A stretch of 64,000 bases of DNA, from the IMG/VR virus record IMGVR_UViG_3300032217_000462, positions 3,417-67,416 of that record, one strand, 5' to 3'. Positions 48,901 through 57,443 of the stretch are shown piece after piece. The translations under genes and the position numbers were made by a program. The notes below the pieces were generated by a model. The model was not told the origin of the DNA. It searched no databases and saw nothing but the letters and a program-made list of their open reading frames with translations. Each line of letters starts with the position of its first letter. Within the stretch, counting starts at the first letter, position 1. This DNA comes from a virus.

Positions 48901-50705
48901 GAAGCATCTTTCTTTTTAATAGCTTCTAAAGTATCATCATAAGTTTTTAGTGCAGTGGTATTAGTATCAATAGCAGCATTAAACTTGTCAAGTTGTTCTT
49001 TATTTTTACTAATCCACGTATCTAATAACTTAAATGCACCTACAATAGCTAGGGCTATCATTATATAGGTTTGTGTAGCTGTTACAAAACCAATAGCGGC
49101 GGTAGTAGCTATTGTAATTGCGCCAGTAAGTCTAGTCCATTGGGCACGAATAGGCCCAAGATCAGATTTGTTAATATCTTTGTTTAGTTGACTAAATGCT
49201 GCTAATGGTCCGATTGTTTCTGTGTTTACTCCAGCATTACTTACTAAAGTTTTTTGCGTAGCAATATCTTGAGCACGTTTAGCCATTATTTGAGATCTGC
49301 CCAGAGCCGTCCAAATAGTTCCTTGACTGTGTAAAACTTTATTAGTTTCTTCAACTGCTTTTGTATATGCTTTTTCAGCTAAAGCGCTAGCTTGAATTTT
49401 TGCAATGGCGTTCTCATATCGTTGAGCTACATCCATCTTGCCCATGTTTTTATATTGATCTTGCAGCTTTTTAAGATGGTCAAGTTCTGCTTGTGTAACT
49501 TTGTCAGCATCTTTAAGCATAGTCTTGTATGCCTGTGAGTTTTTAGCAAAACCACTATCTCGCACAGCTGCTAAATCGCCGGCCGCTGCAATCTTAGCTT
49601 GTTTTGCTGCCTCTGCGGCTTTATCTAGTTCACTTTCTTTCTTAGACTTACTGGCCTCATAGGCATCTTTTGCCATCTGTGCACGTTGTAAAGAACCTGT
49701 TTGTGCTTGTTCTGCACCTTGCTTTAAAGCCTCTTTATACTGTCCAATAGCGGGGAGTGCTTGTTTAACAATAGTAGCACCTAAATATGCAATTGCCGCA
49801 GTAAGAGCCGTAGGGCTACTAGCTAATCCAGAAATTAATGGTACTAAAAGTTTATTTACTTTTTCTAAACCATTCTGAGCTAAGTCTTTTAAACTTGCAG
49901 TTAACTTATCGTACGGATTAGCTTGTAAACTAATTGCTCCAAATTTATCTGAGCCTTCTTTTAAAACTGCGTTAGCAAATGCCTGGCGTTTTTCAAAATC
50001 TGTTAATTGAGCCTCTGTTTTACCTATGCTTCGTGCATAGTCTTCTGTAGCTTTACCAACTTTGGTAAAAATACCAAGTTCGTCTAACAACTCAGGCTCT
50101 AGTTTTGTAATACCGCGAGTTAAACGACTAACTGCGTCCGACATATTAACGCCTAGGGCTTTTGATGCACTATTTGCAACAGTACCTAATTGCATCAACT
50201 GTTTACCGCTTAAACCAGCCGTAGTACCTTTAACAGTTGCTTCCATAGCTTCACGCATACTAATTGCACCATCAGTAGTTGCGGCAAAATTCTTTGCAAG
50301 AGTTCCTAATGCCAGGCCACTTTGAGCACCTAACTGATTCATACCTTGAATCATATTAGTAGTATCCATTGCATCACTCAATGCACGGAAAGCTGCGCTT
50401 ACTGCAAATAGATTAGCAGCATAAGTGGCATATAAACGTACTAACCCATCAAGCCCACGAGCTTGATTTGCAAAGTCTCGGCCAGAAGCACCAGTTTGGC
50501 CTGTAATACCCCTAGCTACATCGTAGCCTGTGTTACCCATTGCTCCGCCAAATGCGGCTGCTTTACCTTTACTTCCAGGACTATCAGACATTTTCTGAAT
50601 AGAGTCTAGTGTAGCTTTAAGCGCTTTTGCATTCTTATTACTGTTATCGATAGAGTCGCCTACGTCTTTTAACGCAAACTCTAAAACAATTTTATCATTG
50701 GCCAT
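45921..50705 (-). CDS. Tape measure protein
   Basis: Long Ala/Lys/Gln-rich helical protein with an N-terminal KLEPELLDELGI motif and a C-terminal GLMGEAGPEAIMPL motif. Confidence 0.93.
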   Translation of the reverse strand: MANDKIVLEFALKDVGDSIDNSNKNAKALKATLDSIQKMSDSPGSKGKAAAFGGAMGNTGYDVARGITGQTGASGRDFANQARGLDGLVRLYATYAANLFAVSAAFRALSDAMDTTNMIQGMNQLGAQSGLALGTLAKNFAATTDGAISMREAMEATVKGTTAGLSGKQLMQLGTVANSASKALGVNMSDAVSRLTRGITKLEPELLDELGIFTKVGKATEDYARSIGKTEAQLTDFEKRQAFANAVLKEGSDKFGAISLQANPYDKLTASLKDLAQNGLEKVNKLLVPLISGLASSPTALTAAIAYLGATIVKQALPAIGQYKEALKQGAEQAQTGSLQRAQMAKDAYEASKSKKESELDKAAEAAKQAKIAAAGDLAAVRDSGFAKNSQAYKTMLKDADKVTQAELDHLKKLQDQYKNMGKMDVAQRYENAIAKIQASALAEKAYTKAVEETNKVLHSQGTIWTALGRSQIMAKRAQDIATQKTLVSNAGVNTETIGPLAAFSQLNKDINKSDLGPIRAQWTRLTGAITIATTAAIGFVTATQTYIMIALAIVGAFKLLDTWISKNKEQLDKFNAAIDTNTTALKTYDDTLEAIKKKDASKIFGSDNLTAQANAVLGLNDALTGLRETYEKLVKVTESSAWDKFINAFSKGLGYDNETKFGQAAAANISKQVASMTNREDRNSAKDVVNKALGTAPGSGELHWAYAIAEKGPGAVKAIKSIEDALKKFGTEAANAASRSKEFDDALKQVRLSFRDFINSVVDKSPMTKLGNDLITVGVKMSGALKDPANSIANMIELLKDTTSLGIFNPSSIVQLQKLQPVLEQLNNKQGELKKNLAEAVQNEAKLKLSADTEKNKRGPFRDENAIIIANSKLAIERMNIARLERETAKVNSQIVKVMENPVFADLNFQAFEKGANLVQQSIKNGFAQADIDLKKGILGSISGIIPGTAALEGSANARSIGLQQQLLNVQRDMIRASTMAMAAQNANTNAVELNTLAQQILANPNASAKEKSDFAGKMNSLTAMKELNTEFQGLQGGKDTSKFINNAVKAMKEFGAQRPEFNAQVQAMITEAQKFAGVNVEAAKLNKDKLLNSLNTELKRLDEQKAIQQSNMSVKKSDVELDNQRLSLLSSQNGFLTQEQLILQKGYQDTLAKQDLQSSLLDISNDRLKVQKAIAMYEGMGKLDAQETKDLETLKQGQVVLTNKEKVANLRLTGQLEQNGVNLLLAQNKLIADQEAKRLNILSITQEANNLTANTSLELAKMQLDYEIKDLALNDQQIANRKYDLDLGALRIEQTQKLAAIDLKYLQDKNRLQQAINNATPGSQAAKDAQDELNAITARKDVEIGTINQISEAKKRALDQDAQYTERQKAYGQVFEDTFKGMTDAIIEFTKTGKLNFKGLIDSMIEGLIRYEMQQQMMQAYAAARPGLMNLIGSAFGFNSTALTNKLVNSGGPSLPGFSLEAKGGVYDTGLKTFAQGGMFTNSVVTEPTMFKFAKGTGLMGEAGPEAIMPLKRDSNGNLGVRSGGNGGNVDVVVNNYGNEKATTKETTDSRGNRRIEVIVGDMVASELSRPGSSVQQSLASNYGNRPTVARR

Positions 50706-50757
50706 ATATGCTCCTGTCGGATATTACCAAAATTTTTTGATAATTTAACTAGAGTAC

Positions 50758-50786
50758 ATTATAACATGCAACCACGCTCTTGTCAA
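50758..50786 (-). promoter_or_regulatory. Sigma70 promoter for the tape measure / tail tip operon, perfect consensus
   Basis: Minus strand reads TTGACA, 17-bp spacer, TATAAT, with an extended -10 TG. Confidence 0.9.
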
Positions 50787-50805
50787 ACCAAAAAATTTTT
50801 AACGC

Positions 50806-50837
50806 AAAAAAGCCCGCTAATTTTTAGCTAGCGGGCT
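50806..50837 (-). terminator. Rho-independent terminator
   Basis: AGCCCGCTA...TAGCGGGCT stem followed by a T tract on the minus strand. Confidence 0.8.
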
Positions 50838-51174
50838 CTTGCATCTTTTTCTTATTATTGATTTCGTCTGATCTAATATTATCTATTATACGTATTAGCA
50901 TAATAATAAACTTCTGCTCTGACGGATCAACTTCTGTTGCTTCCAAAACATCTTTAATACCTATAAGAGATTTTCCTAAGTAAGAACCACTCATTGTGTC
51001 CCACTCATCTCTTAACATCCTATAAGCATTAAATGCTTGTTGAACTTCAAACGGGAAGTCATCAAACTCAACCGGAATTTCAGATTCTATAGGTTCGCTG
51101 CCTAATGCTTCACACATTTCAAAATATGCGTCTTTGGTCATTGACACACTCATATTTTGAATGTAATTGACCAA
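50824..51174 (-). CDS. Tail assembly chaperone, C-terminal (gpT-like) part reached by a -1 frameshift
   Basis: No convincing independent start (TTG, no clear RBS). The frame is open back to the slippery site at 51210-51216. Confidence 0.8.
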   Translation of the reverse strand: MVNYIQNMSVSMTKDAYFEMCEALGSEPIESEIPVEFDDFPFEVQQAFNAYRMLRDEWDTMSGSYLGKSLIGIKDVLEATEVDPSEQKFIIMLIRIIDNIRSDEINNKKKMQEPAS

Positions 51175-51182
51175 CTGCAGAT

Positions 51183-51608
51183 TTACTTGCTGGAGTTGGT
51201 CGTCGAAAAGTTTCCCAAGTCCATAACCTGTTCACTAATAAAAGCATCAAAGTTACTGGAATTTTTCATTAAGTATAGTGCATTTTCAGCAGTATATCCT
51301 AATTCAGCATCCATATCTTTGCCAGATAACTCTACTGGTGCTAACTGTTCTAAATAGCTCAGCTTTAAGCCTGACCATCCTTTAACAGCATTTTCAACAT
51401 ATAGTTGTAAAAATAAATCTTCATTAAATTCTTCAGATGCTTGACGATTTTTAAAACTAGTCTTTGTAGACTTTTTACGAATATTTAACAATGTTTCGCG
51501 TGATAAAAATGCCAAGTCAACCATAAAACCAGGCATACCAGGATATTCTACCTGTACTGATTTAGAAGGAACTAACAGTGTTTTTAAAGAGAGAGTAGTT
51601 GTAGTCAT
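51183..51608 (-). CDS. Tail assembly chaperone (gpG-like)
   Basis: Lies between the tail tube and tape measure genes and ends with a G-GGA-AAC slippery heptamer. Confidence 0.85.
   Translation of the reverse strand: MTTTTLSLKTLLVPSKSVQVEYPGMPGFMVDLAFLSRETLLNIRKKSTKTSFKNRQASEEFNEDLFLQLYVENAVKGWSGLKLSYLEQLAPVELSGKDMDAELGYTAENALYLMKNSSNFDAFISEQVMDLGNFSTTNSSK
51210..51216 (-). promoter_or_regulatory. Programmed -1 ribosomal frameshift site G GGA AAC
   Basis: X XXY YYZ heptamer in the correct phase. The -1 frame reads on as LFDDQLQQVNLQLVNYIQNM into the downstream ORF. Confidence 0.85.
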
Positions 51609-51622
51609 TATATAATAAGATT

Positions 51623-51654
51623 AAAAAGAGAGACTGGAGATCAACCCAGTCTCT
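51623..51654 (-). terminator. Terminator after the major tail gene
   Basis: Minus strand reads AGAGACTGG, an 8-nt loop, CCAGTCTCT, then CTTTTT. Confidence 0.75.
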
Positions 51655-51667
51655 ATGAAAATGCAAC

Positions 51668-52861
51668 TTATACTGTTGTATTAGTTGCGTAGTATTTAAC
51701 TTCTAATTCGTTCTTAGCTTCAAGGTCATATGCACCAGAGGTAGCACCTTGAGCAGTTAAATTAATAGAAGTAGCAATAATTTGTTCAGAATTAATAGCT
51801 GGAATTGTCAACTGAGCTGTTGCAATAGTGAATACAACTTTATTTGTGTTAGCTGCTCCACCAAGTGAAATCTCTGTTGCAAACTTATTTTCAGTACTTG
51901 AAGAGCTAGCTGCCAACATATCTTTCAACAATGTCGATGTTTCGTTAGTTCCAGTTTTTAAGTAAGCATTTACGCTGCCAGTAATAGCACGCGTACCTGT
52001 GAAGTAGGTAATTGGCTGATTAACAACACCCAAATTAGCAGGTGTTAAATATGTTAAATTATTGCTAATAGTTAAGTTACCGCCTGTTAAAGCAAGCGTA
52101 TAAGACTTAGCACTTAATCCGCCAAAAGCTAAAGAAGCTAATGTCATTGTTGACAGTTTGTTAGCGATATAAGCAGCAGTGGTATCTTTTGTTTTTGCAG
52201 TACCAGCTAAACCACCGGTCAAAGTAGTAGTACCAGACGCATCAGCCAATGTTACAGCGGTAGCAACTTGACGCATTGTAGTACCTTTACCGGCCCAGGC
52301 AATAGAAGCAATAGCATCTAACCCAAAGTCAATAGTAGCACTATCAATAGCGCAATTATCGATAACATAAGTTACGTCTTCAAAACGAATAATCAATCCA
52401 AAAGCTAATAATTGGTGAGCGTTAGAGTTAGTAAATGCTACTGTAGAATAAGGAGTTGTAGGTCCTAAAGTTTTTGTCCAACCGGCTCCAGCGGAACCAA
52501 TTGCGGCAGTACCCGATAAAGAGTTCCAAAGAACAGCTTCTTCTGCGTTAATATAATCATCAGAGTCAAGAGCAGGAGCACTTGTAGCACCTTCTTCAAA
52601 CTTAGGACGAATATAAGTAGCAAAACTCCAGTCTACTGGCTCTAATGAAGTATTGAAACTACGCTGACCACGAACAGGTGCAGCACCTGATTCATTTACA
52701 GTAACAGTTTCTTGACCTGTGTTTTGTGAAAAAGAGAATCCGTCTTGAACTTGGAGCTCTTGTGTGTTTGCGGTAGTGAATCCGGTTGCGGCTACAGCGC
52801 CTGTAACTGTCAAATTAGTTGTATAAAAAACTCGACTATTACGAATTAAATTTAATGCCAT
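51668..52861 (-). CDS. Major tail tube protein (T5 pb6-like)
   Basis: LIRNSRVF...DGFSFSQ...RG...FNTSLEPVDWSFATYIRP pattern and gene position. Confidence 0.88.
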   Translation of the reverse strand: MALNLIRNSRVFYTTNLTVTGAVAATGFTTANTQELQVQDGFSFSQNTGQETVTVNESGAAPVRGQRSFNTSLEPVDWSFATYIRPKFEEGATSAPALDSDDYINAEEAVLWNSLSGTAAIGSAGAGWTKTLGPTTPYSTVAFTNSNAHQLLAFGLIIRFEDVTYVIDNCAIDSATIDFGLDAIASIAWAGKGTTMRQVATAVTLADASGTTTLTGGLAGTAKTKDTTAAYIANKLSTMTLASLAFGGLSAKSYTLALTGGNLTISNNLTYLTPANLGVVNQPITYFTGTRAITGSVNAYLKTGTNETSTLLKDMLAASSSSTENKFATEISLGGAANTNKVVFTIATAQLTIPAINSEQIIATSINLTAQGATSGAYDLEAKNELEVKYYATNTTV

Positions 52862-52943
52862 ACTCTTTCCTTTATGATTTTTGGAAATATTCTAAGCACT
52901 ATTACTAGATATTTATCTGTTGTTATGCTTGTATAGATCCGAG

Positions 52944-53384
52944 TTATACTAATGCGTAGCGCACTTGTAGATTGATTTCACCGACACCATAAGGAGCTAA
53001 TAGCCCTTCGTCAGTAGTTATAGACTGAATTAATATTTCAGTAGTTGAAAGGTTACTAGTAGTATCATATACTAATACACGGTTAGCGTCAATTACTTTT
53101 TCTAAATCATCAAGTAGATTCTCTAGTTGTTCCTGTGCTTCGCTTTCGCTGCGAACATATACTTTAACGCTAATATTTAATAATCCCCAGGTAAAAGCAC
53201 TGGGCATGTAGTCTCGTATCTCTGAGCCTGCAGTAAGGTACACACAAGGGAAATCTGTTACTTCATCCCAGAATTTAAGTTTAGGATAGCTATTGTCATT
53301 TAAATCAGTCTTATAACTACCTGTACCATCTATTACTTTAAATTTTTCAGCCAGGGCTGTTACAATACTAATTCTTTTTGTCAT
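52944..53384 (-). CDS. Tail terminator protein (T5 p142-like)
   Basis: FWDEV.DFP...SITTDEGLL.PYGVGE pattern and synteny with T5. Confidence 0.8.
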   Translation of the reverse strand: MTKRISIVTALAEKFKVIDGTGSYKTDLNDNSYPKLKFWDEVTDFPCVYLTAGSEIRDYMPSAFTWGLLNISVKVYVRSESEAQEQLENLLDDLEKVIDANRVLVYDTTSNLSTTEILIQSITTDEGLLAPYGVGEINLQVRYALV

Positions 53385-54844
53385 AGTGCTATTGCCCTTA
53401 AATTATTGCTTACTACTTGTTGTGCGATTTCTCTAATTGATTTAGAGATAAGTAGTTTGGGATCTCTACTTTTTGGAGTAGATTGTCTGCCACCAGTACT
53501 AAATGTTGCGTAAGGATTTTTCATATAAGAATAAAAAGCTGAAATCATTCCTTGCTTACTTTCACTTAATTCTTCTACTTTAACAGTACTAGCAAATCTC
53601 CCTGTTCTATAATTTAAAACATTGCGACTATTACCATCACCCATATTAGCACTAATTACATCTTGTAACTGTGAGTTTATTAAAACTAATAGTTGTGACA
53701 AATTAACACTAGATTCTGGTATTTCTTTAATTTTATTAGGATCTGGCTTTGTTGCTTTTACTTTACTCTTTAAATTTTTAAGAGTCTGTATTTTGTTCTT
53801 ATTGCTTTTTGGTTTTTTAACTTCGGTGGTTTTTTTACCAATAAGTTTAGGTGCCTGTTTATATTCTTTAGGACTTTTTTTACCTTTGGCAATAATATCT
53901 GCCATGTCTTTTGCAATCAAGTCTTTAAAACTAGGAGAACCTTTAGTAGTTATTAAAGCTTGCCCTAGTGCAGGGGATTTGGTTAAAATATCTGTTATGT
54001 CACTACTATTAACTGAAAATATTTTTCTTAGCTCATCAAGTACTGGTGAGGCTTGTTCACGTCCTGAGCCTTGATTTTTAACGGCGCACTGTATTTCTAC
54101 TAAATACTTACTGCTAGATTTTATATATCCTGCGTATAATTCTTGATTTACAGCATCAGGTAAATTGGCTGTAGTTAAATCGTCTGCTTCTAATTTAGCA
54201 ATGTACTGATCTAATACTTTTACTAAAGCATCTCGTTCTTTTCGAGATAAGTCATCCGCTTTGTCTAGGTTATTACGAAATTCTTTTGTTAAATTTGTAG
54301 CAACACCTATAACGTGCCCTTTATTGAAATAATATCCAAAAGAAGCTCGTCGTTTGCCCTCAGCTTCAATCTTATCTATTTCTGTTTGTTTAGCTTTACC
54401 TTTTAAATCTGTACGTTTGTTAAGCTCTGAAAGCTGTCCGTTAATATAGTTTTCTTCGGCTTTACGATACGCTTCTTGTACTAGATAATCATCTTCAAAA
54501 ACATCTACTAATCGTGTGCTAATAGTGTCGAAACCTATCGATTTAAACATTACTGCTTTGCTTCCGCCAATTGTAGTAAATGTACCTTGTACGGTGCCAC
54601 CACCACCTTGTGCTAATGAGTACAGCAAAACGTCAGCTTCTGTACTATCCATCTTTTTACCTGTAATAGTTTTATACATATTCATTACAGTATCTTTTGT
54701 AAGATAGAAGTCAGTTTTACTGGCTACCTGCTGGCTTGCTCGTAAACTTTTTGCTGAGTTAGATATAATATTCTTATCTAGTTTATCTAGCCAAGTTTTA
54801 TAAACTTGACTTTGTATGGTTTTGCTAAACTCTGCTATGCTCAT
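53381..54844 (-). CDS. Tail completion / neck protein (T5 p143-like C-terminal domain)
   Basis: C-terminal YRTGRFA...Y.YMKNPY.TF...RDP..LI..SIREIA pattern and synteny with T5. Confidence 0.7.
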   Translation of the reverse strand: MSIAEFSKTIQSQVYKTWLDKLDKNIISNSAKSLRASQQVASKTDFYLTKDTVMNMYKTITGKKMDSTEADVLLYSLAQGGGGTVQGTFTTIGGSKAVMFKSIGFDTISTRLVDVFEDDYLVQEAYRKAEENYINGQLSELNKRTDLKGKAKQTEIDKIEAEGKRRASFGYYFNKGHVIGVATNLTKEFRNNLDKADDLSRKERDALVKVLDQYIAKLEADDLTTANLPDAVNQELYAGYIKSSSKYLVEIQCAVKNQGSGREQASPVLDELRKIFSVNSSDITDILTKSPALGQALITTKGSPSFKDLIAKDMADIIAKGKKSPKEYKQAPKLIGKKTTEVKKPKSNKNKIQTLKNLKSKVKATKPDPNKIKEIPESSVNLSQLLVLINSQLQDVISANMGDGNSRNVLNYRTGRFASTVKVEELSESKQGMISAFYSYMKNPYATFSTGGRQSTPKSRDPKLLISKSIREIAQQVVSNNLRAIAL

Positions 54845-55407
54845 GTAAAGTCCGCCACGTATTGGTCTAAAACACGTTTAATTGGTGCGGGTAGATTAGT
54901 TGAGTTAACATAGTTAATTTGGGTAGTATTTGGATTTAAATCACGACTACTATGTACTGCACCGTTATTACGTGAGTAATATTCTATTAAATCTAATACA
55001 GCTAAACGTAAATCGCCGGGTACTGTATCGTAACCTGCAAAATAATTTACTCTGTATCCGTTGATTGCTTCTGTAAAACCATACGGGCTTAAACTTACAA
55101 TAGAGTCTTCTTTTTGCACCCAGTCTTCAAACTTTGTTAAAGCTGTGTATGTTTTACCATAATCACTACTATATTGCACTGACGAAATACTCACTATGGG
55201 AGTTTCTTTTAATAAGAGTTCTTTAAATCCACCATCGTACACTTCAACTTTAATGTTTGAGTAGTAATCAACAAAAGTACGACGGCAGTATGATTTTACT
55301 AAATCGCTAACTTTAGGAATTAGAAAATCAATTTCTGTGTCTGAATTTGCACTGGTAATTCCCATGTAAGTTTTGTATTCAGCTTTTGTTACTAAATCTA
55401 TTGCCAT
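54841..55407 (-). CDS. Head completion / head-tail adaptor (T5 p144-like)
   Basis: Start is ATG 55407 after GAGGT; LVT..EYK.Y.GI...VKSYC.R.F...Y.AGY..VP.DL.LAV pattern. Confidence 0.82.
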   Translation of the reverse strand: MAIDLVTKAEYKTYMGITSANSDTEIDFLIPKVSDLVKSYCRRTFVDYYSNIKVEVYDGGFKELLLKETPIVSISSVQYSSDYGKTYTALTKFEDWVQKEDSIVSLSPYGFTEAINGYRVNYFAGYDTVPGDLRLAVLDLIEYYSRNNGAVHSSRDLNPNTTQINYVNSTNLPAPIKRVLDQYVADFT

Positions 55408-55446
55408 AAATACCTCACTTGTTTTATAAAGGCACAAAAATACCTT

Positions 55447-55475
55447 TATAAAACAAGACCCCGAAGGGTCTTGTT
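55447..55475 (-). terminator. Terminator after the capsid gene, with a UUCG tetraloop
   Basis: Minus strand reads AACAAGACCC-TTCG-GGGTCTTGTT-TTAT. Confidence 0.8.
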
Positions 55476-55493
55476 AACAATTACACTATCTGA

Positions 55494-57434
55494 TTAGGAT
55501 GCTGTGTACTTGTGTGCTGTAACAGCGTTACCTAAATTAGTAGTAACACGTGTCATACCGGTACGGAGGCTAGCCACCATAACGCGACGCTGTGTCTCAA
55601 CCAATTCTTGGGTATCAATGCGGAGACCGCGCTGGTTACCAACGATAAAGTTGCCTGGGTTCAAGCAAACTGCGCCAGCAATACCAGTACCTGGTGAGGC
55701 GAATTCTGCAGAAACCAATACTGGGCTACCACCGATTTGACCGATTTGACCGGTCAGCAATGTAGCTTGTGTACCAACTTGGTTCATTGTTTGGAACACT
55801 GTGTCTTCGAGCAACTGGTAATAAACATCGGTATTAACGATATAAACTACTTCTTGTGGATCGAGACCCCAGGCACCCAAACCTTGACGCAATGTGCGCA
55901 TTTTAGCAACTGTCATACCAGCAGCAACGGTGTTACCAGTAGCAGTGGTGTTAGTAGCCCAGTTTGCTAATCCTTTAACAGGATCAGAACCCGAACCTGC
56001 ACCTAACAAGAAAGCCTTGTCAACAGCGCGAGCAACACGACGAATCATACCATCACGGATGATTGGCATCAAAGCCAACAATGCGTCTTCTTCTTCTTCG
56101 TATGCTGTATACTCGTTTGTAGCAAGTTTATAAGCATTCAAAGTGATTTCTTTGAGCGCGTGTGTAGCAGAAGCACCAGCAGAAGCACCAGCAGCACCAA
56201 GCGAACCAGGAACAGCGCCAAACTCAGCGTTAGTAACCCAAGTTGCAGTACCTGCTTCTGGGTTCACTGGGATTGTCATCACGTTGGTTTGCATAGCAAT
56301 GTTGCGGAAAATAGGTGCAACAACCAAACGACGACGAACCTCAGACTCAAGATTCAAAGAAACTTCGAGTTCCCATGTAGCTGAAGGCACGTGAGCACCG
56401 TATTTTTGTACTAAATCGCGACCAGTTTTTGTGCCTTCCAATGACTTACCAGCCATTTTAGACAATAAAACTGCCTTTTCTTTGTCAGCATAAGACATAC
56501 CGTCTTTGGCTTCTTGGAAAGACATTTTAGATTTTGTGATTGCTTCGATTTCAGCAGCTTTTTCTTTCAAAGAAGCTTCTAAACCAGCGATAACTGATTT
56601 GCTTGACTCTTCAGCTTTTTCCAAACGCTTCTCAACTTCGGCCAACAAGCGCTCAGCACCTGTGTCACCAGTAGAGATAGAGGCAACAGCGGCTTTAACG
56701 CGTGCATCTAATTCGGCCTCAGCTTTGTCAGCAGCAGCTTTTTCAGCTAATGCTTTTGCCTGTGTATCGGCGATGGCTTTTGCAGTTTGCTCAGCCGCTT
56801 TGCTAGCTGCATCAGCTAACATTTGTTCTAATTGTTTTGGATCCATTTCCATTTCCTTTTTGACTTCGCTGCTTGCTTCCGTTGAGGATTCTAGCCCTTT
56901 AGCTGACTCGCTGTTGGGTGCAAACTGCATTTTGAAAGATTTAAATTCTTCGGCTGTATCAAACGCCTTAGAAAGACTAAATAGTGTATTTTGATTAGCT
57001 GGCACTGATACTACTGAAATTTCATGTAGTTCCAATTCCTTTACCACAAACAGCTCTGCAGCTGAGTTGTACTCCGCATCTACGATTCGAAATCCGATAC
57101 TAAACGCCGTTAAAACGCCGTCTTTTACAAGATTGAACACCTCACTGGCTGCTGAAGAAATTCTGGCTTTAATCCACAATCCTTTGCCGTCAATTTTATG
57201 TTCTACCATCCTACCAACTGGCTCGCTATGGTCATGGTATGCTAAAATTACTGGATTTTTCAAGTAATTCTGAATACCTTTTTCCCATACGCTTGCAGGA
57301 ACAACATCGCCCTGTCTATCAATATCCGTAGTACTTGCATACCCTTCAATTGTTATACTGGCTGTTTTTCCGTCGGAGGTAGTATTCTTGATAAATGAAC
57401 TGTTTAAAAACAGTACTTTACTTTTGTCTACCAT
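55494..57434 (-). CDS. Prohead protease-major capsid protein fusion (HK97 fold)
   Basis: Residues 1 to ~170 are an HK97-type protease (IEGYAS, DRQGDVV, LAYHDH, FSIGF, LHEISVVSVPAN). A coiled-coil scaffold/delta region and the capsid domain follow with no intervening stop. Confidence 0.92.
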   Translation of the reverse strand: MVDKSKVLFLNSSFIKNTTSDGKTASITIEGYASTTDIDRQGDVVPASVWEKGIQNYLKNPVILAYHDHSEPVGRMVEHKIDGKGLWIKARISSAASEVFNLVKDGVLTAFSIGFRIVDAEYNSAAELFVVKELELHEISVVSVPANQNTLFSLSKAFDTAEEFKSFKMQFAPNSESAKGLESSTEASSEVKKEMEMDPKQLEQMLADAASKAAEQTAKAIADTQAKALAEKAAADKAEAELDARVKAAVASISTGDTGAERLLAEVEKRLEKAEESSKSVIAGLEASLKEKAAEIEAITKSKMSFQEAKDGMSYADKEKAVLLSKMAGKSLEGTKTGRDLVQKYGAHVPSATWELEVSLNLESEVRRRLVVAPIFRNIAMQTNVMTIPVNPEAGTATWVTNAEFGAVPGSLGAAGASAGASATHALKEITLNAYKLATNEYTAYEEEEDALLALMPIIRDGMIRRVARAVDKAFLLGAGSGSDPVKGLANWATNTTATGNTVAAGMTVAKMRTLRQGLGAWGLDPQEVVYIVNTDVYYQLLEDTVFQTMNQVGTQATLLTGQIGQIGGSPVLVSAEFASPGTGIAGAVCLNPGNFIVGNQRGLRIDTQELVETQRRVMVASLRTGMTRVTTNLGNAVTAHKYTAS

Positions 57435-57443
57435 ATTACCCCT

